Below are positions 45,209-55,296 of a DNA stretch of 64,000 nucleotides, one piece after another. The DNA comes from a bacterium. Its GTDB lineage: Bacteria; Patescibacteriota; Dojkabacteria; B142; OLB20. The notes under the pieces are model-generated. The model was given only the letters and a program-made list of their open reading frames with translations, did not search any database and had not been told where the DNA came from. How positions within the stretch are numbered: position 1 is the first letter of the stretch; every line of letters starts with the position of its first letter. The translations under genes were made by a program, and so were the position numbers. The stretch lies in contig JAJTYI010000006.1 of NCBI GenBank assembly GCA_021463645.1, positions 117,692 to 181,691 on the forward strand, written 5' to 3'.

Positions 45209-47419
45209 ATGAGAAAAAGACGCAAGCCAAAACCAACTTATGACAGTGAAGAAACAAAAGTTGTTATCGGATTAATATTTTTGTTTATTTCAATAATTAT
45301 TACTTTAAGTTACTTTTTAACTGGACCATTATTTGTATTCGTTAAGTCGCTTAGTGGAACTGGTACAGCCCTACTTTCAGGATTCTTCTTGTTGTTCGCC
45401 TTGTATTTGTTCAAAGCGTCTATTCCTTTTGCTACAAAGCGTTCTGTGTTTGGGATGTTGCTCCTCACAGTATCCTTTTCTTCGATTATGGCTTCACTTT
45501 TCTCTTCATCTGGGGATGAAAGGGCACTAAAGTACGGTGGGTTAATAGGCTTCCATGTCTATAATTTCATCAACGAACGACTTTTTTTAAATTTCACTCC
45601 GGTATTTTTGGTTTTCGTAATGGCATTCTCTTTACCACTAGTAATGTCTGTCAGTTTTGTAGTCTTCTTTGAAAAAATCGGTCGTGGATTTAGTTGGTTA
45701 ATTGAAAAAATCAGAAAAGATAAAAGTGGCGACCCAGCTACTTTGTCACCATCCACTGAAATCAATACTTTTGGTGATTTTCGTAGACAAAACAACGTAC
45801 CAGTAAACAAAGTCACAGATGTTAGCGATAAAGAACAAGACAAGCCACAGTCTGTAGCTAAAATGTCTGGGGACAAACAGTCTGGGCCGAAAGTCGCAAT
45901 TGTAGAAAAATCCGTAGAAGGAGCGTTTGTAAACGAAGAGTTACTTTATCCTAATTGGAAATTACCTCCTGCTGATATCTTAGATTCATTCAAAAAGAAG
46001 AAACCATCACAAGCCAACATCAATAAAAATGCAGACATTATCGAACAAACGCTTAAAAGTTTTGGGGTAAAAGCAAGTGTGGTTGATGTGTTAATCGGGC
46101 CTACTGTTACGCAGTACGCTTTGGATATTGCATTAGGAACAAAAGTTAATAAAATCTCTAATCTTAGTAATGACTTGGCACTCGCTCTTGCAACAAGTGC
46201 AAATTCTCTTCGTATTGAAGCACCAATTCCTGGGACAAGCTATGTAGGAGTGGAGATTCCAAACGAGGACAGAGAGACAGTATATGCGAGAGAAATTTTA
46301 AGCGATGAGAAGTTATTAAATGGACAATATAGATTGCCGTTAGGAATAGGAATTAACTTGAAAGGTGAGGATATTTACACAGATTTACAAAAAATGCCTC
46401 ATATCCTAGTTGCTGGAGCTACTGGGTCTGGAAAATCAGTGTTGACTAACGGCTTCATCGTGAGTCTTTTGATGTCTCGAACACCTGATGAAGTTAAATT
46501 TATAATGATTGATCCTAAACAAGTAGAACTATCCGATTATAACGGAATTCCACATCTATTGACCCCTGTAATTACAGAGATGGATAAGGTTATTAATGCA
46601 TTGAAGTGGGCAATTGCGGAAATGGAACGAAGATACACGATTTTCAAAGATGCTAAAGTGAGAAATATTGAGGCATATAACAAGCAAATGGGTTTTAGCG
46701 CAATTCCTTACATTGTACTTGTGGTGGACGAAATGGCTGACATGATGATGTCGACCAACAGGGTTGAAACAGAAGCTGCAATCGTCAGATTGGCACAAAA
46801 AGCCAGAGCAACAGGACTTCATCTAATTTTAGCAACACAAAGACCTTCCGTTGATGTCATCACCGGATTAATAAAGGCAAATATTCCTTGTAGAATTGGA
46901 ATGAGCGTTACTACACAAATCGACTCCAGAGTTATACTTGACCACATTGGTGCTGAATCACTACTTGGAATGGGTGACCTACTCTACAAAGATCCGACTT
47001 TTAGCAAAGCAGCTAGATTACAAGGTTTTTGGATTTCTTCCGAAGAGATTCAGCGAGTTGTTAAGTATATCAAAGATCAAGTTTCTGAAGTTGAATACAC
47101 CAAAGAAGTGGTCGAAGCACAGAAAGACCCCAATGCACCAGTAAACGAAGCGGGAGATCTTTCTGATGATGACCAATTTGCAAACGCAGTTAGAGTAATT
47201 GTTAACTCACAGAAAGGATCTGCATCATTACTTCAGCGCAAGTTAAAACTTGGCTACAATCGAGCTGCAAGGCTTCTTGACGAACTAGAGGAATATGGAG
47301 TAGTTAGTGCACCCAATGGCTCCAAACCCAGAGATGTACTTATTTCAGATGCAGAAGAATTTCTACGTTCAATGGGGAGCTCAGAAAGTATGGCTGGTGA
47401 TACTGATACACAGGTTTAA
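45209..47419 (+). CDS. ftsK: DNA translocase FtsK/SpoIIIE
   Basis: N-terminal TM helices, Walker A GATGSGKS, Walker B IVLVVDEMADMM, and a C-terminal gamma winged helix (SASLLQRKLKLGYNRAARLLDELEEYGVV). ATG at 45209; the track's TTG is at 45185. Confidence 0.9.
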   Translation: MRKRRKPKPTYDSEETKVVIGLIFLFISIIITLSYFLTGPLFVFVKSLSGTGTALLSGFFLLFALYLFKASIPFATKRSVFGMLLLTVSFSSIMASLFSSSGDERALKYGGLIGFHVYNFINERLFLNFTPVFLVFVMAFSLPLVMSVSFVVFFEKIGRGFSWLIEKIRKDKSGDPATLSPSTEINTFGDFRRQNNVPVNKVTDVSDKEQDKPQSVAKMSGDKQSGPKVAIVEKSVEGAFVNEELLYPNWKLPPADILDSFKKKKPSQANINKNADIIEQTLKSFGVKASVVDVLIGPTVTQYALDIALGTKVNKISNLSNDLALALATSANSLRIEAPIPGTSYVGVEIPNEDRETVYAREILSDEKLLNGQYRLPLGIGINLKGEDIYTDLQKMPHILVAGATGSGKSVLTNGFIVSLLMSRTPDEVKFIMIDPKQVELSDYNGIPHLLTPVITEMDKVINALKWAIAEMERRYTIFKDAKVRNIEAYNKQMGFSAIPYIVLVVDEMADMMMSTNRVETEAAIVRLAQKARATGLHLILATQRPSVDVITGLIKANIPCRIGMSVTTQIDSRVILDHIGAESLLGMGDLLYKDPTFSKAARLQGFWISSEEIQRVVKYIKDQVSEVEYTKEVVEAQKDPNAPVNEAGDLSDDDQFANAVRVIVNSQKGSASLLQRKLKLGYNRAARLLDELEEYGVVSAPNGSKPRDVLISDAEEFLRSMGSSESMAGDTDTQV

Positions 47420-47449
47420 ATATCCCAAAAAACCAATTTGAAACTATTT

Positions 47450-48394
47450 TTATGATGCTTGTGGTAATGGAGAATTTGCCACTGGTTGAGGCGAGACTTC
47501 ACTAGGCTCTAACTTTATCGGTTCCGGTAAAGTTGTTGCAGGCGATAATGGATCATAGTTTGCAGGAAGTTCCTCTGGAGTAGCAAACTCGATTTTCTCG
47601 GTATTTTTTGGATTAGCTTTGGTGATTTGTTCTTTGTTTTGTATTGGTTTTTCTGTAACTTTTATAGGTTTAGCAAGTGGTGCTTTCTGCGGATTGGTAA
47701 CTCTATCGTTAGACTTTTCTTTCATAACTGGTTTTGTTGGTTCTGTATTGGATTTCTCTGATACCTTAAATAATTCAGCCGCGACTTGAAAAGTTTCTGA
47801 AGTTATTTTGGTTGTGAAATTCTCCGTTGAATTGCGTAGGGCTAAAAGCAATGTCTCCGCATTGGATTCGGAAATCTTATATTTTGTCTTTTTAATAAAA
47901 TTGAAAATTGTTAGGGGTATGTTTTCGTCATTATTTTCATCATACAAATATACACCTGTGCCTGAGAAAATAGTCGAATCACTATAGCCTGAAAGAGTCT
48001 CCAGTTCTCCTTTCTTCACTTGTACGAATATTCTGAGATCGTAATTTTGGTTTGTATGTGTAATAGAGATATCGGGTGATCCAATTTCGCCATTTTGGCT
48101 AGTTAACTTAATAGTTAGCTCCTCGTTTTCTTGCTCCCAATCCAGGTGAGTCACTGTGGACTTTATATTATCAAGTTTAACAATGAGTTCGTTTTTTGAA
48201 TTTGTATCGTTGATAATTTTCTCATCATCTTTGAAAATATCGATTGATTTACTAATTGTCTCGTCAATGTAATAACTTACAGTTTTTCCGTTTTCTGTAA
48301 GTGTTCTACCAAGTGCTAGTATAGATAAAACAACTGAAGGATCTGAAGTTTGTTTTGGAATGATAAGAATTGATTGCGCTTTAATTACATCCAT
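47450..48394 (-). CDS. hypothetical protein with a Pro-rich C-terminal tail
   Basis: 314 aa. The N-terminal third only faintly resembles a DHH-family fold without the catalytic DHH residues. The C-terminus is rich in P/K/E/T. Confidence 0.35.
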   Translation of the reverse strand: MDVIKAQSILIIPKQTSDPSVVLSILALGRTLTENGKTVSYYIDETISKSIDIFKDDEKIINDTNSKNELIVKLDNIKSTVTHLDWEQENEELTIKLTSQNGEIGSPDISITHTNQNYDLRIFVQVKKGELETLSGYSDSTIFSGTGVYLYDENNDENIPLTIFNFIKKTKYKISESNAETLLLALRNSTENFTTKITSETFQVAAELFKVSEKSNTEPTKPVMKEKSNDRVTNPQKAPLAKPIKVTEKPIQNKEQITKANPKNTEKIEFATPEELPANYDPLSPATTLPEPIKLEPSEVSPQPVANSPLPQAS

Positions 48395-48486
48395 AATTTT
48401 GAAGAATTACGTTCGTAAATATAAGTACTGGATATAACTGATGGGCAATGATATATTTTAGCAATATCGGTTTCTATAAAGCAAAT

Positions 48487-50151
48487 ATGAAATTATCTAA
48501 ATTCCGAAAAGTATTTAAGAGAGCCAAGAAACAGCACAAAAGGTTCTTCTTCGCTATATCTGTGTGTACCTTTCTTTTACTTGTATACCTGGCAGGTGTT
48601 ATCTTTGGTGTTGATCAGTATTTAATAAAAACACCTCTTGAAGGCAGGGTGGTTTCAAACGATGGTGATGATATTTCCGGTGCAGAAGTAATACTCCAGG
48701 GGCAGAAAACAATAACTGACAAAAATGGTAGTTTTAGGTTTGAGGATGTGAAATTTGGTACATACGAAATAGTAGTCGATACGAATGGTTATGTAAGGTA
48801 TGTCGAAAAGGTAAAAATAGAGCGATTCTCAAACTATGTAGACATTTCGATGAGGGCCCAAGAATATGGGGAGGTTAATTTAACCTTCAAAACAGACCGA
48901 ACACAAGACAAAGTTCTCAACGTAAAAATTAATAACCAACCATTCACTGTCCAAACTCTCACAGATAAATTCGTTGTAGAATCAGGAAGATTACTTGTAG
49001 GAAATTATTTATTAGAAATGAATTCTCCTGACTATGTGGACTTTAGTGAGAAATTCAATTTAGATTCTGGTAAATCAGAAATGGTTTATGACTTAGAGCC
49101 TTCAGGTGATGTAGTTGCGGAATTTAGAAATTATTTATCAGAAGACATAGTCGAACCAGGAGAAATCATCGTAACAATGGATGAGCAGATTGTTGTTATA
49201 CCAGAAATTGAAACCCCGGGGAAGTTAGAAATGAGAGACATGGAAATAGGCAAAGAATATAAGATTCAATTAAAGTTATCAGGATATCTTGACAGAGAGG
49301 TAGAATTCGTTCCAACGCAAGGGTTAAATTCTCTTGGGAATGTTTTTATGTTCGTTGATGAAAGTGTAATTTATACTGATCGGGGTAAAATCGTTTCATC
49401 ATTTATAGATGGTTCTAATAGGAAGGAGCTCTATGATTTTACAGATAAATGTAGAATAAGTCTCATAAAAGGCCAGTATTCGGTCTTCTCCTGTAGCTCA
49501 AACTTCTTACTCTTTGAGAAGAAGGGTAATGAATATAATTTAATTCGAGAATATGTAATAACGGGTAGTAAATATGATCTTAATACTCAAAATTTACATA
49601 TGTTAGCTCTAAGTGCGGATCTGAAATCTATACAACAAATACATTCATCTATTAACACCACGGATTTGTATAAACATAACAAAGAAATTGACTCCGTTGT
49701 AGTAGATTCGAAAGGTATTGTATATTTTTCAGATAATGAAGCAGTGTACAAATTAATCGGTTCAGAAATTGAAAAGATGGTTGATGGTAATTATAGACTC
49801 GACAAAGTTTCTCCAGATAATACTACAATCTTAGCATTTGGAAATCGATCATCAGGACAAAGCAATATTTGGAAATTAGAAACAACTAAGAAGACTGCTA
49901 CCAAGATTACTTTCTTACCAAATGATTACAATTCATTGGGTTTTGAAGGTAATGATAAAATTTATTATCAAGTGAAAAATGAGTTATTTTTAGGATCGAT
50001 AAATCAAAATAACTTTACAAAAATTTCTGAAGGAATTGATTATTATTGGTTAAACGAAGGTAGTAACTTCTTTATGGTAATGGCAGATAATTCAGTTCAA
50101 TTTGTTTCCAAGACGAATTACAACAAAAAACCAATCTTCGCAAATGAATAG
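48487..50151 (+). CDS. membrane-anchored protein with a carboxypeptidase-regulatory-like domain and TolB/PD40-like repeats
   Basis: TM FFFAISVCTFLLLVYLAGVIF. GRVVSNDGDDISGAEVILQGQKTITDKNGSFRFEDVKFGTYEIVV is CarboxypepD_reg-like. The late segment SPDNTTILAFGNRSSGQSNIW is PD40-like. Confidence 0.5.
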   Translation: MKLSKFRKVFKRAKKQHKRFFFAISVCTFLLLVYLAGVIFGVDQYLIKTPLEGRVVSNDGDDISGAEVILQGQKTITDKNGSFRFEDVKFGTYEIVVDTNGYVRYVEKVKIERFSNYVDISMRAQEYGEVNLTFKTDRTQDKVLNVKINNQPFTVQTLTDKFVVESGRLLVGNYLLEMNSPDYVDFSEKFNLDSGKSEMVYDLEPSGDVVAEFRNYLSEDIVEPGEIIVTMDEQIVVIPEIETPGKLEMRDMEIGKEYKIQLKLSGYLDREVEFVPTQGLNSLGNVFMFVDESVIYTDRGKIVSSFIDGSNRKELYDFTDKCRISLIKGQYSVFSCSSNFLLFEKKGNEYNLIREYVITGSKYDLNTQNLHMLALSADLKSIQQIHSSINTTDLYKHNKEIDSVVVDSKGIVYFSDNEAVYKLIGSEIEKMVDGNYRLDKVSPDNTTILAFGNRSSGQSNIWKLETTKKTATKITFLPNDYNSLGFEGNDKIYYQVKNELFLGSINQNNFTKISEGIDYYWLNEGSNFFMVMADNSVQFVSKTNYNKKPIFANE

Positions 50152-50244
50152 CTAATGACTGTCAGGAGCAAATATACAATAATCTGACATCCGTTTGCTA
50201 TCATAAAAATATGAGTATAGAATGTTGGTATATCAATTTTCACC

Positions 50245-51009
50245 ATGTTAACAAACCATCTTATTAAGCTTGGCTTCAGCCAAGGAGAAGCTAAAGTTTA
50301 TATTGCATTATTAAACGGCGGGGATTTAACTGCTACCGAATTGGCATCAAAAACCAACCTTGGACGCACAAATATTTATAATTATGCAAAAAGCTTGCAA
50401 GAAAGAGGACTTATTGCAGACTATGAAAGAAATAATAAGGTCTTTTTTAAAGCTTCCGATCCCAGAGAACTATACACATTGTTAGATGTTCAAAAAAAAG
50501 AACTAAACAATCTTTCTTTGGAACACCTAAATCTATTACCAAGATTCAATAAAATCTATCGCCAACAAAGTAAATCTCCAATAATGCACCTATATCTAGG
50601 TAAGAAGGACTGGAAAAAACTTATGAAAGAAGTTTATTTAGATCAAGAATCGAGAGAGATTTTTGTTTTGGTTCCAGACTTGGATGATTATTCTCCTGTT
50701 CCTCCAGTCTACCAAAACGCACTTTTCAACAACAAGGTTTTGACAAATTTAATAACGAACAAGGTGTCTAACATCGAAAACTTTTATAAAAAGGATCCTA
50801 AGAAAAATAGAAAAACTATTCAAATTGATAAGAATATATTTCCGATTACAGTACATACTATTGTTGCCAAAAACAGCATTTATTATGGAGACTTCAGTCA
50901 AAATGACCTTCAAGTAAACTCAGTGGAGGATAAGTATATAAGCAGGATATTCTACTCTTTTTTATCCTTTTTGACTAAGAGTCAGTACCAATCAAATCCG
51001 GCAAACTGA
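50245..51009 (+). CDS. TrmB-family transcriptional regulator
   Basis: N-terminal winged HTH LIKLGFSQGEAKVYIALLNGGDLTATELASKTNLGRTNIYNYAKSLQERGLI. Confidence 0.7.
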   Translation: MLTNHLIKLGFSQGEAKVYIALLNGGDLTATELASKTNLGRTNIYNYAKSLQERGLIADYERNNKVFFKASDPRELYTLLDVQKKELNNLSLEHLNLLPRFNKIYRQQSKSPIMHLYLGKKDWKKLMKEVYLDQESREIFVLVPDLDDYSPVPPVYQNALFNNKVLTNLITNKVSNIENFYKKDPKKNRKTIQIDKNIFPITVHTIVAKNSIYYGDFSQNDLQVNSVEDKYISRIFYSFLSFLTKSQYQSNPAN

Positions 51010-51132
51010 GTAAATATTTGTTTCATCTTTGCTTTGTGACGCAAATTCGAAAACAATGTCTTGACATATCCTAAAAATTTTCATAAAAACCCCAGAAAAA
51101 TCTGATTTAATAGGGTGTACTTAAATACACCG

Positions 51133-52650
51133 ATGTTTTATAAGATAAAAACTCTAGGATTAATAGGATTATCAGCTAATGAAATTACTGTCGAGGTCGA
51201 TATTAATAGTGGTTTATTTGCTTTTAATATAGTAGGCCTTGCTGGAAAATCTGTTCAAGAGTCAAAGGAAAGGGTGTATTCGGCTATAAGGAATTCTGGG
51301 TTTGAAATGCCCATGAAAAGAATCACAGTCAACCTTTCCCCCGCAGATATTACAAAAAACAGCTCCAGTTTTGATTTGCCAATAGCAGTTGCTATTCTGA
51401 AAGCTACTAATCAAATAAACATTGATATAAAAGATACTGTTATTTGGGGAGATCTATCCCTTGAAGGAAAAGCACTACACTCTCGTGGAGCATTAGCGAT
51501 TACGGATGCAGCAAAAAAATTAGGTTATAACCGCATAATATTACCGCAGATAAACGCAAAAGAAGCGGGAATAGTCTCGGGAATTGAAATCTTTGGCATT
51601 CCAAAACTGACAGATACCAATAATATTAGTGAGTTCTGTTATAGTGCGAGAATCGCCGAAAATCACAAAGTAAATAATATCAAAGACCTTGATGAAGATT
51701 ACGACTTCGCATACGTTAAAGGTCAACAGAATCTTAAAAGAGCATTTGAAATCGCTTCAGCTGGAGGACACAATATCCTCCTCAATGGGGTACCTGGTTC
51801 AGGCAAAACCTTTATAAGTAGATGTATGACTGGTATTCTTCCAGACATGGAGATGAACGAGATTATCGAAGTCACAAAAATATATAGCATTGCTGGTCTC
51901 TTAAATGAAAATAGTGTTATAACCAAAAGACCCTTTCGTAGCCCACATCATACGAGCTCCCATGTAGCTCTCATTGGAGGGGGGAGTATTCCAAAACCAG
52001 GTGAGATTACTTTGGCTCATAGAGGAGTACTATTTTTAGACGAGTTCAACGAATTCGAACCTAGAGCACTAGAAAGCTTAAGACAGCCACTTGAGGATAA
52101 GGTTGTACATATTTCTAGAGCTAGTGCAGTCATGGAGTATCCTTCAAATTTTATGTTGATTGGAGCAATGAATCCTTGTAGGTGTGGATTTTTCGGTGAC
52201 AGTAATAAAGAATGTATCTGTACTCCTTATGATCTTGAGAAATTTAAGCGAAAAATGAGTGGACCAATTTTAGACAGAATTGATTTACAAATTTTCGTAA
52301 AGAAAGTAACAAAAAATGACTTAATTAACGACTCCAAAGGTGAACCAAGCAAAATGATTAGAAAGAGGGTAATTAATGCACGGAAAATCCAGTTAGATAG
52401 GATAAGCGCTATAAAAAAACCAGACGTATTCAATAATTCCGACCTCAATCACTTACAAATAAAAGCATTTGTGAACTTGAGTCCAAAAGCCAAAACTCTG
52501 GTGTCAAAAGTTATCGACAGCTTGGATCTCTCGGCAAGAGGATATTTCAGGATCTTAAAATTGTCGCGGACAATCGCTGACCTTGAAGGATCAGACAGCG
52601 TAAAAGAAAACCATATAGCTGAAGCAGTTTCGTATAGACTGTTGTCTTAG
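51133..52650 (+). CDS. comM: YifB/ComM-family Mg-chelatase-like AAA+ protein
   Basis: Lon-protease-like N-terminal domain, Walker A GVPGSGKT, Walker B VLFLDEFNEF, and a C-terminal ChlI-like domain. ATG at 51133; the track's GTG is at 51115. Confidence 0.85.
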   Translation: MFYKIKTLGLIGLSANEITVEVDINSGLFAFNIVGLAGKSVQESKERVYSAIRNSGFEMPMKRITVNLSPADITKNSSSFDLPIAVAILKATNQINIDIKDTVIWGDLSLEGKALHSRGALAITDAAKKLGYNRIILPQINAKEAGIVSGIEIFGIPKLTDTNNISEFCYSARIAENHKVNNIKDLDEDYDFAYVKGQQNLKRAFEIASAGGHNILLNGVPGSGKTFISRCMTGILPDMEMNEIIEVTKIYSIAGLLNENSVITKRPFRSPHHTSSHVALIGGGSIPKPGEITLAHRGVLFLDEFNEFEPRALESLRQPLEDKVVHISRASAVMEYPSNFMLIGAMNPCRCGFFGDSNKECICTPYDLEKFKRKMSGPILDRIDLQIFVKKVTKNDLINDSKGEPSKMIRKRVINARKIQLDRISAIKKPDVFNNSDLNHLQIKAFVNLSPKAKTLVSKVIDSLDLSARGYFRILKLSRTIADLEGSDSVKENHIAEAVSYRLLS

Positions 52651-52651
52651 G

Positions 52652-53227
52652 TTATTGAATTTCGGGGTAACAATCGTTAAATTTTATATACGAATTCAGC
52701 TCTTCTAACCTCCAGATGTTTGCAGGATTACTGATATAGCTTACAAACAAGATTCCATTTAAATGATCAACTTCATGTTGAACTACATGTGAAAAATATC
52801 CGTTAGTCTTCAGTCTTTTTTTAGAGCCATCAGGAGAAATGTATTCGACTGTTACTTTCTTGGATCTCTCAACTGGTCCCCAAAGGTTGTCTTTTCCCAC
52901 TCCAATACTCAGACAAGCTTCCCATTCTATTGAATTATCAGAACTTGTTTGAACTACTTTGGGGTTTATCAAGACTTCCCATAATTCTTCTCTTTCGAAA
53001 TGTTTATCTGGGTGCTTTTCTTCCAGATCAACACGTCTGCAGACACAAATGCTTTTACTCACGCCGATTTGGGGAGATGCTAGACCTGCAGAGATATCCG
53101 CATTTTCCTCACAAGTATCTAAAAGGTCTTGTATGAGACTTTTTATTTCATCTGAATGCACATCGATGACATCCGTTGTTTTAGTTGTTAGGATTGGGTT
53201 TCCAATCTGTAAGATATCTTTTACCAT
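52652..53227 (-). CDS. def: peptide deformylase
   Basis: Motifs GLASPQIG, EACLS and HEVDHLNG. The start is taken at MVKDILQIGNPIL (53227). The track ORF extends to a GTG at 53293, adding a hydrophobic 22-aa N-terminus of uncertain reality. Confidence 0.9.
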   Translation of the reverse strand: MVKDILQIGNPILTTKTTDVIDVHSDEIKSLIQDLLDTCEENADISAGLASPQIGVSKSICVCRRVDLEEKHPDKHFEREELWEVLINPKVVQTSSDNSIEWEACLSIGVGKDNLWGPVERSKKVTVEYISPDGSKKRLKTNGYFSHVVQHEVDHLNGILFVSYISNPANIWRLEELNSYIKFNDCYPEIQ

Positions 53228-53596
53228 GACCAATTTTATCACAAATACCCTCCTACTAGGGATAATCAAAAATAAATATAAGAAAAAAATCACAATAAAT
53301 TTGAATTGTCTTGTCTAGCATAAATATCGGTTTCTCGAATGTTAAAAGTCTTGGTTATAGAGGTGTTATAGATACCTGTCTTTGGAAACCCCTTGTAGAC
53401 AAGATTAGAGGGGTTCTGAATTATATTCCCAAACCAAGGTATATTAAAAATATAAGAGCGGTATACGAAAAGTGTAGGACTACTATAACGCTTATTTGAT
53501 AGGTCTTCACTTGACAAAACTCTAGAAATTTAGCACACTCTAAACATATCCTAGTTTTCAAACTTGGGAAATCTCTAAGAAAGGAGGTAAATAAAA

Positions 53597-53869
53597 ATGA
53601 ACAAAGCAGATTTAGTAGCTAAAGTTGCCAGCAAAACTGGTCTAACTAAAAAAGCCGCTCAAGACGCAATGGAAGCTTTAATGGAAGCAGTTATGGTAGC
53701 AGTTTCAAAAGGTGATTCTGTTACTTTGACAGGTTTCGGTACATACAAGGCCTCTAAAAGAGCAGCAAGAAATGGAAGAAATCCACAAAGTGGACAGGTG
53801 ATTAAAATCCCTGCAAGAACAGTTCCTGTATTCAGACCTGGGAAAGAATTTAAAGAAATGGTCAAATAA
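53597..53869 (+). CDS. hup: HU-family nucleoid-associated DNA-binding protein
   Basis: 90 aa. MNKADLV...GFGTYKASKRAARNGRNPQSGQVIKIPARTVPVFRPGKEFKE, with a strong SD (AAGGAGG) upstream. Confidence 0.95.
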   Translation: MNKADLVAKVASKTGLTKKAAQDAMEALMEAVMVAVSKGDSVTLTGFGTYKASKRAARNGRNPQSGQVIKIPARTVPVFRPGKEFKEMVK

Positions 53870-53901
53870 TCTAAGAGTACAATTTTTTGAATTAAGTACA
53901 A

Positions 53902-53933
53902 CCGCCTTCGTTTTCGAGGGCGGATTGTTTTCT
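53902..53933 (+). terminator. rho-independent terminator of hup
   Basis: CCGCCTTCG-TTTT-CGAGGGCGG (9 bp including one G-U pair), followed by ATTGTTTTCTT. Confidence 0.8.
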
Positions 53934-53960
53934 TGACATCCCCACCCTAAGTGCTAATAT
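53933..53960 (+). promoter_or_regulatory. sigma-70-type promoter for the downstream permease
   Basis: TTGACA (53933-53938), a 16-nt spacer, and TAATAT (53955-53960). Confidence 0.45.
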
Positions 53961-53992
53961 CTCTTCTGGTATTTATTTTTTAGATCACTATA

Positions 53993-55234
53993 TTGACTGC
54001 TATTATTTCTCTTTCAGCCTTACTACTCGCTATTTTTATCGGAATAATACGACCTAAGGTTAACATAGGGGTAGTCAGTATAGTTTTTGCATTAATTATT
54101 GGAATTTTGATTCTTGGTATAAAAGAGAAGGAAGTAACAAGTCTTTTTCCTTCTAGTTTGTTTTTGATGTTAGTTGGAATCACGCTATTTTTCGGTATCG
54201 CATCAACAAATGGTTCACTCTCAAAACTTACCGATTCTTTAATCTCTCGAGTTGGCGGTAAAACAAAATTACTACCAATTTCAATCTTTGTTCTAACCTT
54301 TGTATTATCGGCAATAGGACCCGGAAATATCGCAGCTACTTTACTGATTGCACCAGTAGCAATGCAACTTTCTGCCAAGTCGAAAATAAGCCCATTGCTT
54401 ATGGCTATAATGGTTGCCACTGGTGCTAACGCTGGTGCATTTTCCCCTGTTGCTCCGACTGGTGTTGTTAGCACAGGGTTAATACAGAAGATCGGCGTCA
54501 TGGATATTGACCTGCCACTCAAAATATTTATTGGAACTGCGATAATTCAGTCATTAAGCGCCATGTTGGCATATGTTGTCTTCAAAGGATATCTTTCTAG
54601 TAAAAGTATAGATATAGTCCATAAAGTTGAGAAATTTACTAGAAAAGACAAAATTACAGTTTTTTCTATTTTGTTGCTGGTCTTTTCTGTGATTGTACTA
54701 AAATTACCTATAACTGTGGTCGCATTCGGCTTGGCAATAGTATTATTGATATTTAATGTTGGAGATTCAGAGAAAACAATAAAACAAATTCCTTGGGATG
54801 CAATACTCCTTGTTACTGGTATAACTGTTTTAATCGGTGTGATGGAGAAAGGAGGAGGACTTGACCTGGCGACTGATTTGATAGCGAAAATTGCTTCTGT
54901 GGACAATATAAACGGGATTCTTTCTATAACCACTGGAGTTATTTCTGCTTATTCAAGTTCAAGTGGAGTTGTCATGCCGGCATTTATTCCACTAATTCCA
55001 TCAATCATAGAAAAAATTGGTGGCGGAAATATTACCGAAATGTTAATTGCAGTTAATGTCGGTTCACACATGGTTGACGTATCACCTTTGTCTACTCTTG
55101 GAGCTATTTGTATAGCTACAGCTCAAATTGATCAAGTTGAAAAAGGAAAACTCTTTCGAAATTTAATGATATGGGGATTAGCAATGGCTGTTTTTGGGTC
55201 TTTGGTCATCTATGTTCTCCTCGATTTATTATAA
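53993..55234 (+). CDS. polytopic anion/carboxylate permease (ArsB/NhaD-CitMHS-like superfamily)
   Basis: 413 aa, more than 10 TM helices, two-fold repeat appearance. TTG start. Family assignment is tentative. Confidence 0.4.
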   Translation: MTAIISLSALLLAIFIGIIRPKVNIGVVSIVFALIIGILILGIKEKEVTSLFPSSLFLMLVGITLFFGIASTNGSLSKLTDSLISRVGGKTKLLPISIFVLTFVLSAIGPGNIAATLLIAPVAMQLSAKSKISPLLMAIMVATGANAGAFSPVAPTGVVSTGLIQKIGVMDIDLPLKIFIGTAIIQSLSAMLAYVVFKGYLSSKSIDIVHKVEKFTRKDKITVFSILLLVFSVIVLKLPITVVAFGLAIVLLIFNVGDSEKTIKQIPWDAILLVTGITVLIGVMEKGGGLDLATDLIAKIASVDNINGILSITTGVISAYSSSSGVVMPAFIPLIPSIIEKIGGGNITEMLIAVNVGSHMVDVSPLSTLGAICIATAQIDQVEKGKLFRNLMIWGLAMAVFGSLVIYVLLDLL

Positions 55235-55296
55235 GATTCTACTGGATTAATATTACACTACTTGGATAGAGCATTCTGCTGTATAATTACAGTGTT

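Noticed and set aside
50152-50244. Overlapping inverted repeats (TGTCAG...CTGACA and AGCAAA...TTTGCT) after ORF 48487..50151 as a terminator
   Set aside because: The stems are short and mutually exclusive, and there is no following T-tract. Not supportable.
53290-53517. A 75-aa minus-strand ORF whose TGA overlaps the GTG of the extended def ORF (a possible coupled small gene)
   Set aside because: It has no recognisable family. It is mirrored by a 62-aa plus-strand ORF over the same DNA. The def extension it couples to is itself doubtful. It is kept only as a caveat.
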